Assembly (NCBI RefSeq): GCF_000143415.4
Contig: NW_003314275.1
Coordinates: 1,775,029-1,839,028, forward strand
Direction of reading: 5' to 3'
DNA: 64,000 nt
DNA from: Selaginella moellendorffii
Lineage: Eukaryota; Plantae; Lycopodiophyta
Notes under the pieces: model-generated
Told to the model about the DNA's origin: nothing
What the model saw: only the letters and a program-made list of their open reading frames with translations
The model's database searches: none
Made by a program: the position numbers and the translations under genes
Shown here: piece after piece, positions 52,184 through 64,000 of the stretch
Layout of the letters: each line of letters begins with the position of its first letter
Numbering within the stretch: the stretch's first letter is position 1

Positions 52184-54760
52184 ATGCCACCAAGGGTGAG
52201 TTTCGATTTGATTGCTTCCACTTCCATTTTTTTTTTCTTGCTTTTTCCTTGATTGCTTCTTTAGGGCTAGCCACCTTGGGCAGTTTGACAACTCGAGGGG
52301 CCGAGGTTATTCAAATAACCTGGGCCCCTCAAGTGGCCAAACTGCTCGAGGTCAAGCCTAGGCTGGCCACCTCGGACAATTTGGCCGCCCAAGGGGCCAA
52401 AGTTATTTGAATAACCTCGGCCCTTTAGGTGGCCAAACTGCCCGAGTTCAAGCCCGGGCTAGCCACCTTGGGCAGTTTAGCCCCCCGAAGGGCCGAAGTT
52501 ATTTAAATAACCTCAACCCCTTGGGTGGCCAAACTACTCAAGGTCGAGCTCGGGCTAGCCACCTCGGGTAGTTTGGCTGCCCAAGGGGCCAAAGTTATTT
52601 GAATAACTTTGGCCCCTCAGGTGGCCAAATTGCCCAAGTTCAAGCCCGGGCTAGCCACCTTAGGCAGTTTGGCCCCCCGAGGGGCCAAGGTTATTTGAAT
52701 AACCTCAACTTCTCGGGTGGCCAAACTGCCTGAGGTCAAGCTCGGGCCGGCGACCTCGGGCAATTTGGCCACCCGAGGTCGAGCCCAGGTTGGCCACCTC
52801 GGGCACTAAAGTGCCAGAGGTGGCCGGCCTGGGCTCAACCTTAGGCACTTTAGGGGTTGGCCCGGGCTCGACTGAAGTGCCCGAGGTGGCCGGCCTGGGC
52901 TTGACCTCGGGCACTTTAGGGTCCAGAGGGGCCGAGGTTATTTGAATAACCTCAGCCCCTTAGGCAACCAAAGTGCCCGAGGTGGAGTTTGGGCGCACTT
53001 GATTGTTTTTTTTCTTTTTTACTGTTTGAATTTCTTATTATCTTTATTTAGTTTGACTAAAAAAAAAATTTCTCTTGCAGAAAAGGAAAATTGTACCACA
53101 TAAAAAGGTTGTTGGAGCCAAAAAGACACGAGAAGTTCAATTCAGCATTGACGACGACATTACGATCAACATGTGCATTAGCACATCAATAAAAACACAT
53201 TTACTTAAAAATCCACCACCTCCACCACCATCACCTCCGCCATCACCACCTCCACCACCGCCACCACCACCTCCACCACTGCCATCACCACCTCTACCAC
53301 CACCATCACCACTGCCACTGCCACCATTGCCACCACCACTGCCACTATTGCCTCCGCCCTTGCTGCCACCACCACCACCCCCACCATCACCATTGCCACC
53401 TCCACCTTTACTCCTCACTGGCCCACCACCAGCTCAAATCCTTGAAGTTGGGCAATTTAGTGGTGTTCACGATAAAGAACTTGAGGAACAGCCTAGAGCT
53501 GAAAGAGTTGTAGACCTTCCTGACAACATGGTGGACAAGCGCATCCAAGAGATTGTTATGCAGACAAGGGAAAAAGCAGTTCACCAAACACTTGAGGCAC
53601 TCAAGTGGCCAGGCCCTTATAACTTGATAAAGGAAATCCCCTTTTGCCGTTTGCAGCAAACAAACCTTGTCTGCACAACATCCTCTTATGTCAACCTGGA
53701 CATATATAGCTTGTTCAAATAGAATGGCTTTGTAATAAATATCGGTATGTTTCTCGTCTCTTTTTGCAAGCCAAGAACAATGGAGATTGTTACTGTCACA
53801 CCTGAGATTGTGAATAGCTGGGATCCTATTTGGAGGAGGAAGTCCCTGGAATTTGATAATTTGCTTATCAGCCATCTTGAGACTCGACAACTTGTGGGGA
53901 CAATATTCCAAATTATTGATGGTAACCATTGATATGGGGCTTGGATGAAGTGTATTGACGATCATTTTCATGATAATCCTGTCTACCATATCAACATTCT
54001 AGTTGGACATGTCTATGCGAGGGGACCTTGGATGTCAACAAACTTATCTTGACCTACCAAAAGATCAATGTGTAAGTTTTATAATTTTACTTCTAACTCC
54101 ACTTTAACTTGTTTTGTCGTGTCTAAATGCAAGCTTGGGTAATTCGTTGTTCAAAAGCAAAACCTTGTCCATGACATCGAGCAACTTCAATTTTTGGTAG
54201 ACTTGAGTGAGGATGACATCCGCTAATATTATGGTGATGATCTCGCAACACTTGTTCAGCACTCACGCACTCGAAATGACGGTACAACTTGGTTCAACAA
54301 CCCAATTAATTTTATGCTCGCTATGTGGTGCAAGGTATGTCTTTCCCTTTCATTTGAAAAAGGCCTCTTTTAATTGTTTTGGTTTTCAGCCTTTGGTGAA
54401 AGTCAAGCAAGATGCTTACGAACTTGTATATCCAGAGAAGAGTTGGGAAGAGCTCTTAGCTGAGTTCGTACAAATTGAGCACAAAATTCAGCATGCAATG
54501 TTTTCAAAGTTGAAGAAATTAGTATGCATTGCAGACAATCGCAGGTTGAAGGAGTGGTTAAAGACTATAGTTGAAATTTTTTCTCATGAATGTAAGTTTT
54601 TTATCGCACTGCATTTTTCTCAATTCTGCATATGTTACTTTTGCAGTGAACAAAACTCCAAATGACATGATTTACAATATCGTAAAATTGAAGCTTCCAT
54701 ATAAGCAATAGATAGAAACTCTAGAGTTCAAGAAATTAATATGTTGATGATGAGGCAAAA
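52184..54760 (+). pseudogene. Spliced gene for an NLS + poly-Pro + ParB/Sulfiredoxin-like domain protein, with stops and a frameshift
   Basis: ATG CCA CCA AGG|gtgag (52184-52195) joins ttgcag|AAA AGG AAA (53081). ORFs 53075 and 53747 are the same frame. FQIIDGNH*YGAW has TGA at the expected CGA (Arg). Further GT-AG introns near 54071, 54334, 54592. The 3' end is approximate. Confidence 0.68.
52262..52985. repeat. 96-bp tandem array of double palindromes (5 regular copies, variant region, 6th copy)
   Basis: GTTATT..AATAAC cores at 52306, 52402, 52498, 52594, 52690 (exact 96-bp spacing) and 52937. Confidence 0.92.
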
Positions 54761-55079
54761 GAAAGTTAATTACATCCTTACATAAAATGAAAAGCTTGTT
54801 ATATGTCAAATGTGAAAGTGTCAAATGTTAGTGAAAGTGTCAGATGTTAGTGTCAGTGTTAGATATCATAATTGCAAATTATCATTCTCACATGTCACCA
54901 TCACTTTGTAGCGCTTATATGTTGCTATCTCCTCCTTCAACATTTTGTAAACAATTGTATGTGATATGATAGCACTTTCTAGAACAAAGTATATTACTTA
55001 CAACTAATATCATTTTATTATATTTTTTCTTTTAATAGTGACAATAGTATAGTAAAGTAATTCTAAATCTTACATTCCA

Positions 55080-55630
55080 TTGTAGAGTGGCCATATTTTG
55101 CACTAGCCGATGCAATGTTTTCCAAAGGGATGTTGTTCCTCACCATGAAATAGTAGTGGGTATGTGTTTGTAACTTATTCTTGAATCCATTGTACATCCA
55201 CACATACACATTTTCAAGACCTACCATTGGGCAATTCCTACAATGCTCAAGAAAATTTTATAAACCCATAGAGCCATTTGTATTGTCTAAGAAAAAGTAA
55301 CATATTGGACATTGAATGTAATAATGTTTTGTGCTTTCAAGTAGTCTTGCCATGTCAAAAGCAAGATCTTGCAAAAACATGTGGCATTGCTCTTGAAGCG
55401 CTAGAGGCAATCCTCTCTAGTAGTAAGATTCGGAATTTCATATATAAAGAGTTCTAGTTCAACTTTACTAGAGCCCTCAGTAGAAAAGAATTGTTATGTG
55501 GAGGTGAAGGTGGAATGTTGGTAGAACTTGGGGATGGAGGTGAAGATTGAAATGAAATGTTGAGGGGCCAAGTACGAATAACAATGATTTTCCTTCGAGC
55601 CATTTCAATACAAACTTCCAAGGAGCTTAA
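55080..55630 (-). pseudogene. Degenerate coding remnant with a C2HC-like zinc finger
   Basis: Minus strand reads HYYIQCPICYFFLDNTNGSMGL*NFLEHCRNCPM. Product unknown. Confidence 0.35.
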
Positions 55631-56812
55631 GGAGAACAAAAAAACTATGATGACTATAACTTTTCTAGATAGTTTATATACTAAATTTTAATCTCGGGAA
55701 TGAGGTTTATTTATTATGACACTGACAATACTCAAATTCTTTAAATGTCAATCTTGGAAATGAGGCTTCATAATCATAACTTTCTTGTAAACATAAGAAC
55801 TTCTAAAATTTTAGATTATCATGTATACACATGCTCTATCATTATGATAAAATCCTACTTTGCTAAACATATATTCTTTTCTACACATACCAAATGTCTA
55901 GGGAATAAATTGCAAGGAAATATAGATCATATTATAGTGGCAAAACACATTGGCATGCTACCATTCTTTCGTGTAAGATTGCCTTTCAGTCTTGGAAATG
56001 TAGATAAAGTTGATTCTTTGATGTGATATTACTTTTGAGTCTTTCGAAAGATTTCAATTTCTTTTATTATTATTCACAAACAACTCCTGAAAACTTTTAA
56101 TAGGGATTCATTGCAAAAATATACCTTAGTCTTATCATATGAGAGGATTGCGATATAAATAAGAAATAGAGTTTTTAATATGAATCAATATATAAATTAA
56201 AAATGTCATAGAAAGTTTTATAGAGTAGATTTCTTGGTGTTTTCCTCTGTGTTATTCATTTCTTCATTTCTCTTGCTCTAGACTATTGTTTCAGAAGTAA
56301 TAGAAGCATTTTTATCAATTGTGATAGTGGTCTTTACATTCCCAGATGGGTAATAAGGACCAAGAGTGTAATATAGAAATTATGGTAGTGAAACAAAATT
56401 AGCATTCTCATATTCTTTTGCACAACAACTCTTACTCACAAATCTTGTATTTTCCTTGCTTCCCATCTTCTCAAGAACCCTAAAAAATCTTTTGAATGAA
56501 GGAATAGTATCTATAGCTGTAAAAATATTCAAAATATTAAGTAGTCAAATCAAAATATGACAATTGTAACATTAGTCATAATAAAATAATATAGCTTTAT
56601 AAAAGATAGGTTCTCATGAACTTTGTCTTTTTTAAACAATTTAATCTTATAGAAACTTATAACTTAGATATTTACGTATTTAAATTTTTTAAAGTTTGTT
56701 AGAACTTTCATTTGTTCAATTTAGATTTCCTTTGTAAGACTTCAAGTTGACAATGTTGACTTGAGTTGAATTTTGTTGAATTGAGCTCAACTCAACTTTG
56801 GACCATCCCTTG

Positions 56813-56878
56813 GCAAATTACTCCAAGGCAATTGAGCTCAACAATGAAGATATCTCATATCTCACAAAAAGAGTAGTG
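56813..56878 (+). pseudogene. Isolated fragment of a HOP/STI1 TPR motif
   Basis: Translates ANYSKAIELNNEDISYLTKR, close to the plant HOP TPR2A segment recalled as HY(S/T)KA.ELDDEDISYLTNR. Confidence 0.6.
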
Positions 56879-59800
56879 AAAAGTTTTGTGGAAAAGGTGA
56901 TCACTACACTAGTACAACTCATCCTTGGGACAAAGACTAAATAAAATAGAGGGGAAGAATTGTTAAGTGTTAATTTTGACCAAATGGTCAATATGGGTTA
57001 AAGGTAAATTAAAGCATGGGAGGGTAAGGAATTTAACCTATCCTAAGGGCTTTTAGTGGAGTAATTGTGCAATAAAGCTTTTGAGGTAACTCAGGAGTGG
57101 TTATGTGATGAAAAACCTCAATAAAGGTAATATAGTTTAGGAAGGCTAAGCTTATTTACCTTGTTATTTAATATTGGATCATAATACTAAATAGGAAGTT
57201 TCACCCAATTGCTTTCCATTCTTAGAAGTATATAATTGTAAAGATTAATTATGATGTCTTCCACAATAAATTATTTGTAATTATGGACCCTTTTGAAGCT
57301 TAATGTCATTTCCTTGAAGATTCTCCCCACATGATTACTATCTAAAGTGATTATAAAAACCTTTAATATTAGTCTTTGACATACATCCTCAATCATATCG
57401 GTAATCATAATCACTATTTCATTTCTGATTTATGATTGTACATTACCTAGAGAAAGCAAATGAAAAATTTAATGCTCTTAGTTATCTTAGAAACTTTACA
57501 TTTGACTTTCAAACTCTCTTTAATTCCTCTCACTTATAATCAATTGCCCTTGCACAATTCTCTGCTCTTCNNNNNNNNNNNNNNNNNNNNNNNNNNNNNN
57601 NNNNNNNNNNNNNNNNNNNNNNNNNNNNNNNNNNNNNNNNNNNNNNNNNNNNNNNNNNNNNNNNNNNNNNNNNNNNNNNNNNNNNNNNNNNNNNNNNNNN
57701 NNNNNNNNNNNNNNNNNNNNNNNNNNNNNNNNNNNNNNNNNNNNNNNNNNNNNNNNNNNNNNNNNNNNNNNNNNNNNNNNNNNNNNNNNNNNNNNNNNNN
57801 NNNNNNNNNNNNNNNNNNNNNNNNNNNNNNNNNNNNNNNNNNNNNNNNNNNNNNNNNNNNNNNNNNNNNNNNNNNNNNNNNNNNNNNNNNNNNNNNNNNN
57901 NNNNNNNNNNNNNNNNNNNNNNNNNNNNNNNNNNNNNNNNNNNNNNNNNNNNNNNNNNNNNNNNNNNNNNNNNNNNNNNNNNNNNNNNNNNNNNNNNNNN
58001 NNNNNNNNNNNNNNNNNNNNNNNNNNNNNNNNNNNNNNNNNNNNNNNNNNNNNNNNNNNNNNNNNNNNNNNNNNNNNNNNNNNNNNNNNNNNNNNNNNNN
58101 NNNNNNNNNNNNNNNNNNNNNNNNNNNNNNNNNNNNNNNNNNNNNNNNNNNNNNNNNNNNNNNNNNNNNNNNNNNNNNNNNNNNNNNNNNNNNNNNNNNN
58201 NNNNNNNNNNNNNNNNNNNNNNNNNNNNNNNNNNNNNNNNNNNNNNNNNNNNNNNNNNNNNNNNNNNNNNNNNNNNNNNNNNNNNNNNNNNNNNNNNNNN
58301 NNNNNNNNNNNNNNNNNNNNNNNNNNNNNNNNNNNNNNNNNNNNNNNNNNNNNNNNNNNNNNNNNNNNNNNNNNNNNNNNNNNNNNNNNNNNNNNNNNNN
58401 NNNNNNNNNNNNNNNNNNNNTGAATTATCAATGTTTAGGTCTTTTTTTATGCTCTCTCGTACCTCTAAGGTCACTTATCAATTTGATCTTCAACCATCAA
58501 TAGGTTTATATCTGATGTTCCATATTTCTTTATTAAGCCCATAATAAAAATCAAAAAACAATTTCTAGAAAAGCAGGTGGCAATAACTTCTAAATCTTTA
58601 TCCTTTTGATACCATTTATATTACACTACCACCTCCTCTAGAAGTTATTGTTGGTACACATACATTTGAGATTACTGCCATCCTTGACTCAAAGTACTAG
58701 TATTGCAAACTTTATTATTTAGTCAATTGGCTTAAGTGTTCTCTTAGAAATTATACTTAGGAGTTTACTTTTCATCTTACTCATGCTTTTGAGTTAGTGG
58801 CAAATTTCCATTGGCAATATCTTCTTAATTCTAATCTTACATCACTTTATTTACTACTTAGTGCTTGGCATTAGATGGGGGGATGATATCAGGTATTTGT
58901 CATCTCTTTATATTCACTAAAAAGTAAATTCACCACTATTAGCATAAATTGAACAACAAACCTTTAGAACTTAAGACATATAGATTGGTATAGAACCTAT
59001 ACAGATTAGTTTAACTTGGGGTTAGATTAGATTAGTTTCTAGAGCCTCTAGGGTTTTTGGGGATTTATCAAGAAATACAAATGCCCTAGATATCTTGTCT
59101 ATTATTTAGTATTTTAGTAGATTTTCATCTTCCCTTCTCTCAATAATGAACTCTTAACAATCATATAATTTACATAATACAATATATACAGACATCACTA
59201 AATTTGGAACATTTACTAAATTTTGATTTCTATATCCAACAGTATAATTTTTATAATTATTATTTTAATTTTATTCAGGACTACAGAGTAATGTGTGATT
59301 GTTCTTAATATATAAGTTCTATAAATAAATTTATTTATATTTCCCACAAATAATTACATAACAGTTTATATTTAATACCTATATAAATAAAAATTATTAT
59401 AAGTTCGTTTTAGTAAGTATCAATGCATTCAGCCCAACACTAGTTGTATTCTCTTTTTTATCCTTATAATCAAAGTCATGGGTATTAATAATGAATCTTA
59501 AGACAAACTAAATTATTTAAGAGCAAGACATCCTATTACACATTAAAAGGATACAAAATTAAAATACATTTTCTATGTTATATTTAAAATACTTTGCATT
59601 TAACATATATATTAATTATAAATATTATTCAATTACTTATTTCTAGCTCTAGGTAGTAATTTATTAGTTTTTATAAATGTTAGTATTCTATATTATAAGA
59701 AAATAAACATAATTAAGAATTATTTTTAATACCTTTAATATAATTAGTGATAATTAATATTAGTAATTATTCTTTTGCTTTTGTCTCTATCTAATATTCA

Positions 59801-60733
59801 AGTAAAAACATATAATCAATTGATACGTTGCAAATATTTATATTAGTTATAATTATTCTTAGCAATATTTTTACTTGTAACCTAAATTAATAATAATTTT
59901 TTAGTATTTCTTCATTTAATTTTTTGTAGTATTATATTTTTTAATAATATTTTTATAAATATATTTATACCCAAAGTAAAATTATATAGTTAAATAATAT
60001 ATCTAATATCTATAAAACAATTGTTTATGTTTAGTGTTTCTTCTTATAATTTTGTCTATGTCTCAGTAGTAACACATTTTCTTTTAAAATCTTAGTGTAC
60101 TAAATATATTTATATTCTATATATGTATGTATAGTGTTTATTTAAAGGAAACATTTTTGTATTAAATTCCATATTTTTGTATACACCCAGCATTTGCTAG
60201 GCAATACTAGTTATAGTATAAGAATATAGTTTTTAGAATAAGTATCATACTTCTCCATATTTTCTGTGGCTATGATTTAATATTATGTTTATGAAGCTGT
60301 TATATGTTGACTTAAACAAATTCATCTATAAATGTAAGTAGTAATTTATTTTATAATTTATCTAATACAATTTGGATGAGTATGAGTATTTGTTGCCCAC
60401 CACACTTCTTTTAAAGGACTAGATAAATAAATCACAAGGTACAATCATTTNNNNNNNNNNNNNNNNNNNNNNNNNNNNNNNNNNNNNNNNNNNNNNNNNN
60501 NNNNNNNNNNNNNNNNNNNNNNNNNNNNNNNNNNNNNNNNNNNNNNNNNNGTCATACCGCTGTAAGGCTAAGGAAGTCTGATGCCTACATACAACCCCAG
60601 AAGCCATCAAAACATAAATATATAGACACCTTACAAACACACTACCATCTTAAATGTTGAGATATAAGCTAGAACTCAAGTGAGCATGTCACTCATGTTA
60701 GGCTTTTCTTTGTATTCAAGACTTTCTCTAACA

Positions 60734-62600
60734 TGGTATTAGAGCACCACTCCTCTACTCTTGCTATGTTGTTGCTCATGGGGGTCTGTAGATATAATAG
60801 CAAAGAATAATGCCCCCTTTAATGAAGTCATAAAGCCGTTTATAGTGGAAATGATTTTGGCTTTAAAAGAAGCTCATGGAAACATGGATCTAATTCTAAG
60901 GAGTGTATGCCATCATGGATCTAAAGCCAATGGTCAATCATGGATTAGAAGCCCAAAGGGTTTTGAGGGATTGGAGGATTAAGATCTTGATTAAGTTAAA
61001 AGAAGAGGCCATGTTTGGAAATGGCTAAACAACATTTGTAACAAAAGGATTGATATAGAAGTCATGAGAATCTATTCATTGTTTATATTTTCCAAAATAG
61101 AGGTGATATGGTAGAACACACTAAGTGTTTAAGCAGATTGGTTATAAATTTGTTCATGCGAGATAAAGAACATGAGATTCTTGAATCAATATAGAAAGTG
61201 AGGCTCTATAAGTCTTTGCCACAAGAATGGGAAGGATGTGTAAAAGAGCTAATGAATGAGCTAAATCTCACATTTGATGATAAAATCACTAGATTGATGA
61301 ACACCTCTTTGCTACAAAAAAAGAGAGCCCAAACTTATTAGATTAATTAGGCTATGTATGCAAGGCACAACCAACTAAATATGGCAATCGAATCACATGT
61401 TGGGTGTGGTACAACAAAGAGGTGTGCCAAAAATTAGAAATGGTACAATGGATAAAATAAGGAAAACTTTCGAGGTCATAAAGCTAGTGAGGGAGTAATT
61501 ATTTAGGCTATAAGCAAGGTGGACAAAGTGAATTTAGATGTATTTATAATTACCAATGCAAGCTATATTGAGAGCATAAGCATTAAGTTTATGATTGCTT
61601 TAATATAAAAAAATGTAACTTATTTAAGTACTAAAGAAGATGAAGTAATTAACATAGAAGGAAAGAGTTATAACATCAAGACTCTTGGGAGCAGTAAAGC
61701 TTAGGTCTTAGACTTTGGCTGTACCAACTTAATGTTTATAAATAAATATATATTTGAGGAGTATAAACCTATGAAATACAATAGTGGAGTTATTCTAAGC
61801 AATGACACCTACCTTGGAATATATGATACAGAAAATTCAAATTTAAACTTGAAAATGGAAAGACATAAACTTCATAAATACAATACACATCCCAAATTTA
61901 TGAAAGAGTTTTATGTCAATAGCTAAAGTTTGTGACAACAATATAGTAGTGATTTTTTATGATAAAAGTGTTATGTTTATTGATAAGCACACATGCAAGA
62001 TGTCTAAAATGAAACTTTTCCATATGGAGTATTAAAGAAACTTGTATAAGAATTCTTTTGGAGGGTAGTATGCAATAAATGTTGAACACCTTCCTTTAAC
62101 TTGAGAGAAAGAAAATAACGTTTTTTTGTGGTATTGTCACTTTAGGCATGCTAACTATCAAACTCTGTAGGAAATACACATGAAAGGCATGGTCATGGGA
62201 CTTAAGTTGAAATGAGAATTTATTAATGTTACAACTTCACAATAGTAAACTTTTTAACCACTTAAGTTTATCCATTCAAATTTATATAAACCATGGAGGT
62301 CCCAACCATTTTGGAGTGAAGTATTTCATCACATTTATTGATAATTACAATAAGAAGATATGCATCTTTTTCATTCAAAATAAGAGTAAGGCTATTGAAA
62401 CCTTTCAATTCTAGAAGTTCTATATTAAGTTTCAGAGAAGATTGAAAACTATATGAACTAATAAAAACAAAGAGTATTTAAATAATGCAATTTAACAAAT
62501 TTATTGTGTTACTAAAGCTTCCCATAAAGTCACAACTTGCTACATTTCTCAGCAAAATAATATTGTTGAGTGCAAGAATAGCATACTTGTGAATAATTAT
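60734..62600 (+). mobile_element. Degenerate Ty1/copia internal region (PBS, gag, protease, integrase)
   Basis: PBS TGGTATTAGAGC at 60734 after ...CTAACA. Integrase remnant GGPNHFGVKYFITFIDNYNKKICIFFIQNKSKAIETF at ~62290-62410. Confidence 0.78.
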
Positions 62601-64000
62601 GGTGGTTAGTGTAATCAACTTGTCCCCCTATCCTATCTCTTTTCCATTTATTTTCTTACTTATTTTTTAGAATTCAAGATAAATTTAAGTATGATTCTTG
62701 TTCTCGGTGGTAGGATTTACATCTAGGATGTTTTGAGAGTGTTAAATATGAAATTCACCACTATTCTTATGAATTTTTTAGCTTCTTATAGTTTTCTTAA
62801 CTTTTCTAAACTCATAACATAAATCTTGTTATTACACTTTCTCTTTTAGTTTTCCTTCCAAATTGGTTCAATGGGTTTTTAGATTGTCTCAATATCTTTC
62901 TCTTCACAATATAAAGTCATTGATTCGGCATAAAAATTGTGATATGGATGTAATTTTTCTTCACAAGCACCACATTTTAGGGGTTTCTTAGACAACTAGT
63001 TTTTATTTTCTTTCTTGCATTTGAGAGATCTAATTTTAAGATTCCTTACAAGTATTTATTTATTATTTGAGTCATTTTGTCAAGATATTTTAATTATTTT
63101 CTAATGTTGAGGGTTTTGAATGCTTTCTTCTTCTTCTCTCATGTTTCTTAGAGCAAGTTTTAGACCTCTTTTTTCATCTTAGTTTTGATGAAAAGATAAA
63201 TATTTTATCTTGTGTAACTTCCCAAGTAGGAAGTTACACAAGAAGGAAGCTTAAGTGAAATGAAGTTATGCTTAAGCTTAGGCATCCAAAAAAGATAAAT
63301 TTGACCTAGGCAACACTTATCATAAACAAGTGTGAAGCAATTAAGAATGGTTATAAAATCATGTAGTATATAAGTAACACTTCAACGTGCTGGAAAACAA
63401 CCCCCACTCACTATTAAATGTATTTGCATTGAATTAACCATCTTTTCTCCCGTCTATAACTGTTTGTACAAAGTAGAGTTGAGAGAGTGACATAAACTTA
63501 TGCTTACTCACACTTTTGGAGTTCAAGGTTGAGTTCTTTTTTTATTTTCTTTTTATTATTCTTCTTTTTCTTCTCGTTTCTACATTCTTATCTTTGTTTG
63601 TTTGTCACTATTTTGCAAGCAAGGGCAAGAACACAAGGATAGGCAAAGAAAGCCTTACTCACTTTTGATAAGTATGGTGGGATGATCTGTCATTCTTTGG
63701 CTTGAAAAATAGCTGGGAAAAAATTATTTATGAATTCCAAACATGTATAGCACAAGGAATCACAGGTAAATCTCTTCAATGATTATAAAGGCTCTAAGCC
63801 CAAAAAACACTGAACAAAGGAGTTTTTTTTGGGATTGCAATAGATTAGTGTCTAGACAACACAAAAAGATAATTTTTTAACTGTCATCTAAGCCACAGAG
63901 TATGGAATGAGTTTTGAAATAACACAAAATGGAGCTTGGAAAGACATAGCTTAGGTCATGAATGTTTGTGTAAGCGGTGTTTTCCTTTGAAAAACTACTT

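Noticed and set aside
52262-52985. CRISPR-like array of regularly spaced palindromes
   Set aside because: The sequence between palindromes is itself repeated (no unique spacers), there are no cas genes, and the context is a eukaryotic intron.
53075-53722. Extensin/cell-wall proline-rich gene
   Set aside because: There is no signal peptide. The poly-Pro tract follows an NLS-like start and continues in frame into a ParB-like region.

Overview
Eukaryotic plant nuclear DNA, most likely a lycophyte of the genus Selaginella. This is inferred from ~50-100 nt introns, very tight gene packing and a PPR gene rich in short 31-aa motifs. The window has three zones. (1) 1-~8.5 kb is transposon debris: a degenerate minus-strand LTR retrotransposon (PBS + LTR) with a complete hAT element nested in it (TIRs, 8-bp TSD, transposase broken only by in-frame TAGs). 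(2) ~9.2-39.5 kb is a compact GC-richer island of 13 host genes: NdhN, two AP2/ERFs, OEP37, aldo-keto reductase, PLS-E PPR, KAPP, NAP1-related protein, SMT1, a Pro-rich membrane protein, ANKRD13-like, a plastid SAM methyltransferase and an A1 aspartic protease. (3) ~39.6-64 kb is AT-drifted repeat DNA: copia and gypsy remnants, a related LTR, a duplicated Helitron-end/copia block, an intact 5S-bearing Cassandra TRIM and a captured HOP/STI1 TPR fragment. The most unusual structure is a decayed multi-gene unit at ~49.3-55.6 kb. It contains a spliced nuclear gene (MPPR|KRK NLS, poly-Pro, ParB/Srx-type IIDGNH[R]xxAW motif) whose first intron is filled by a 96-bp tandem array of double palindromes. 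This gene is paired divergently with a SWIM zinc-finger gene and convergently with a C2HC-finger remnant. Assembly gaps: 39050-39149, 41647-42348, 57571-58420, 60451-60550. All calls are by eye; no searches were run.
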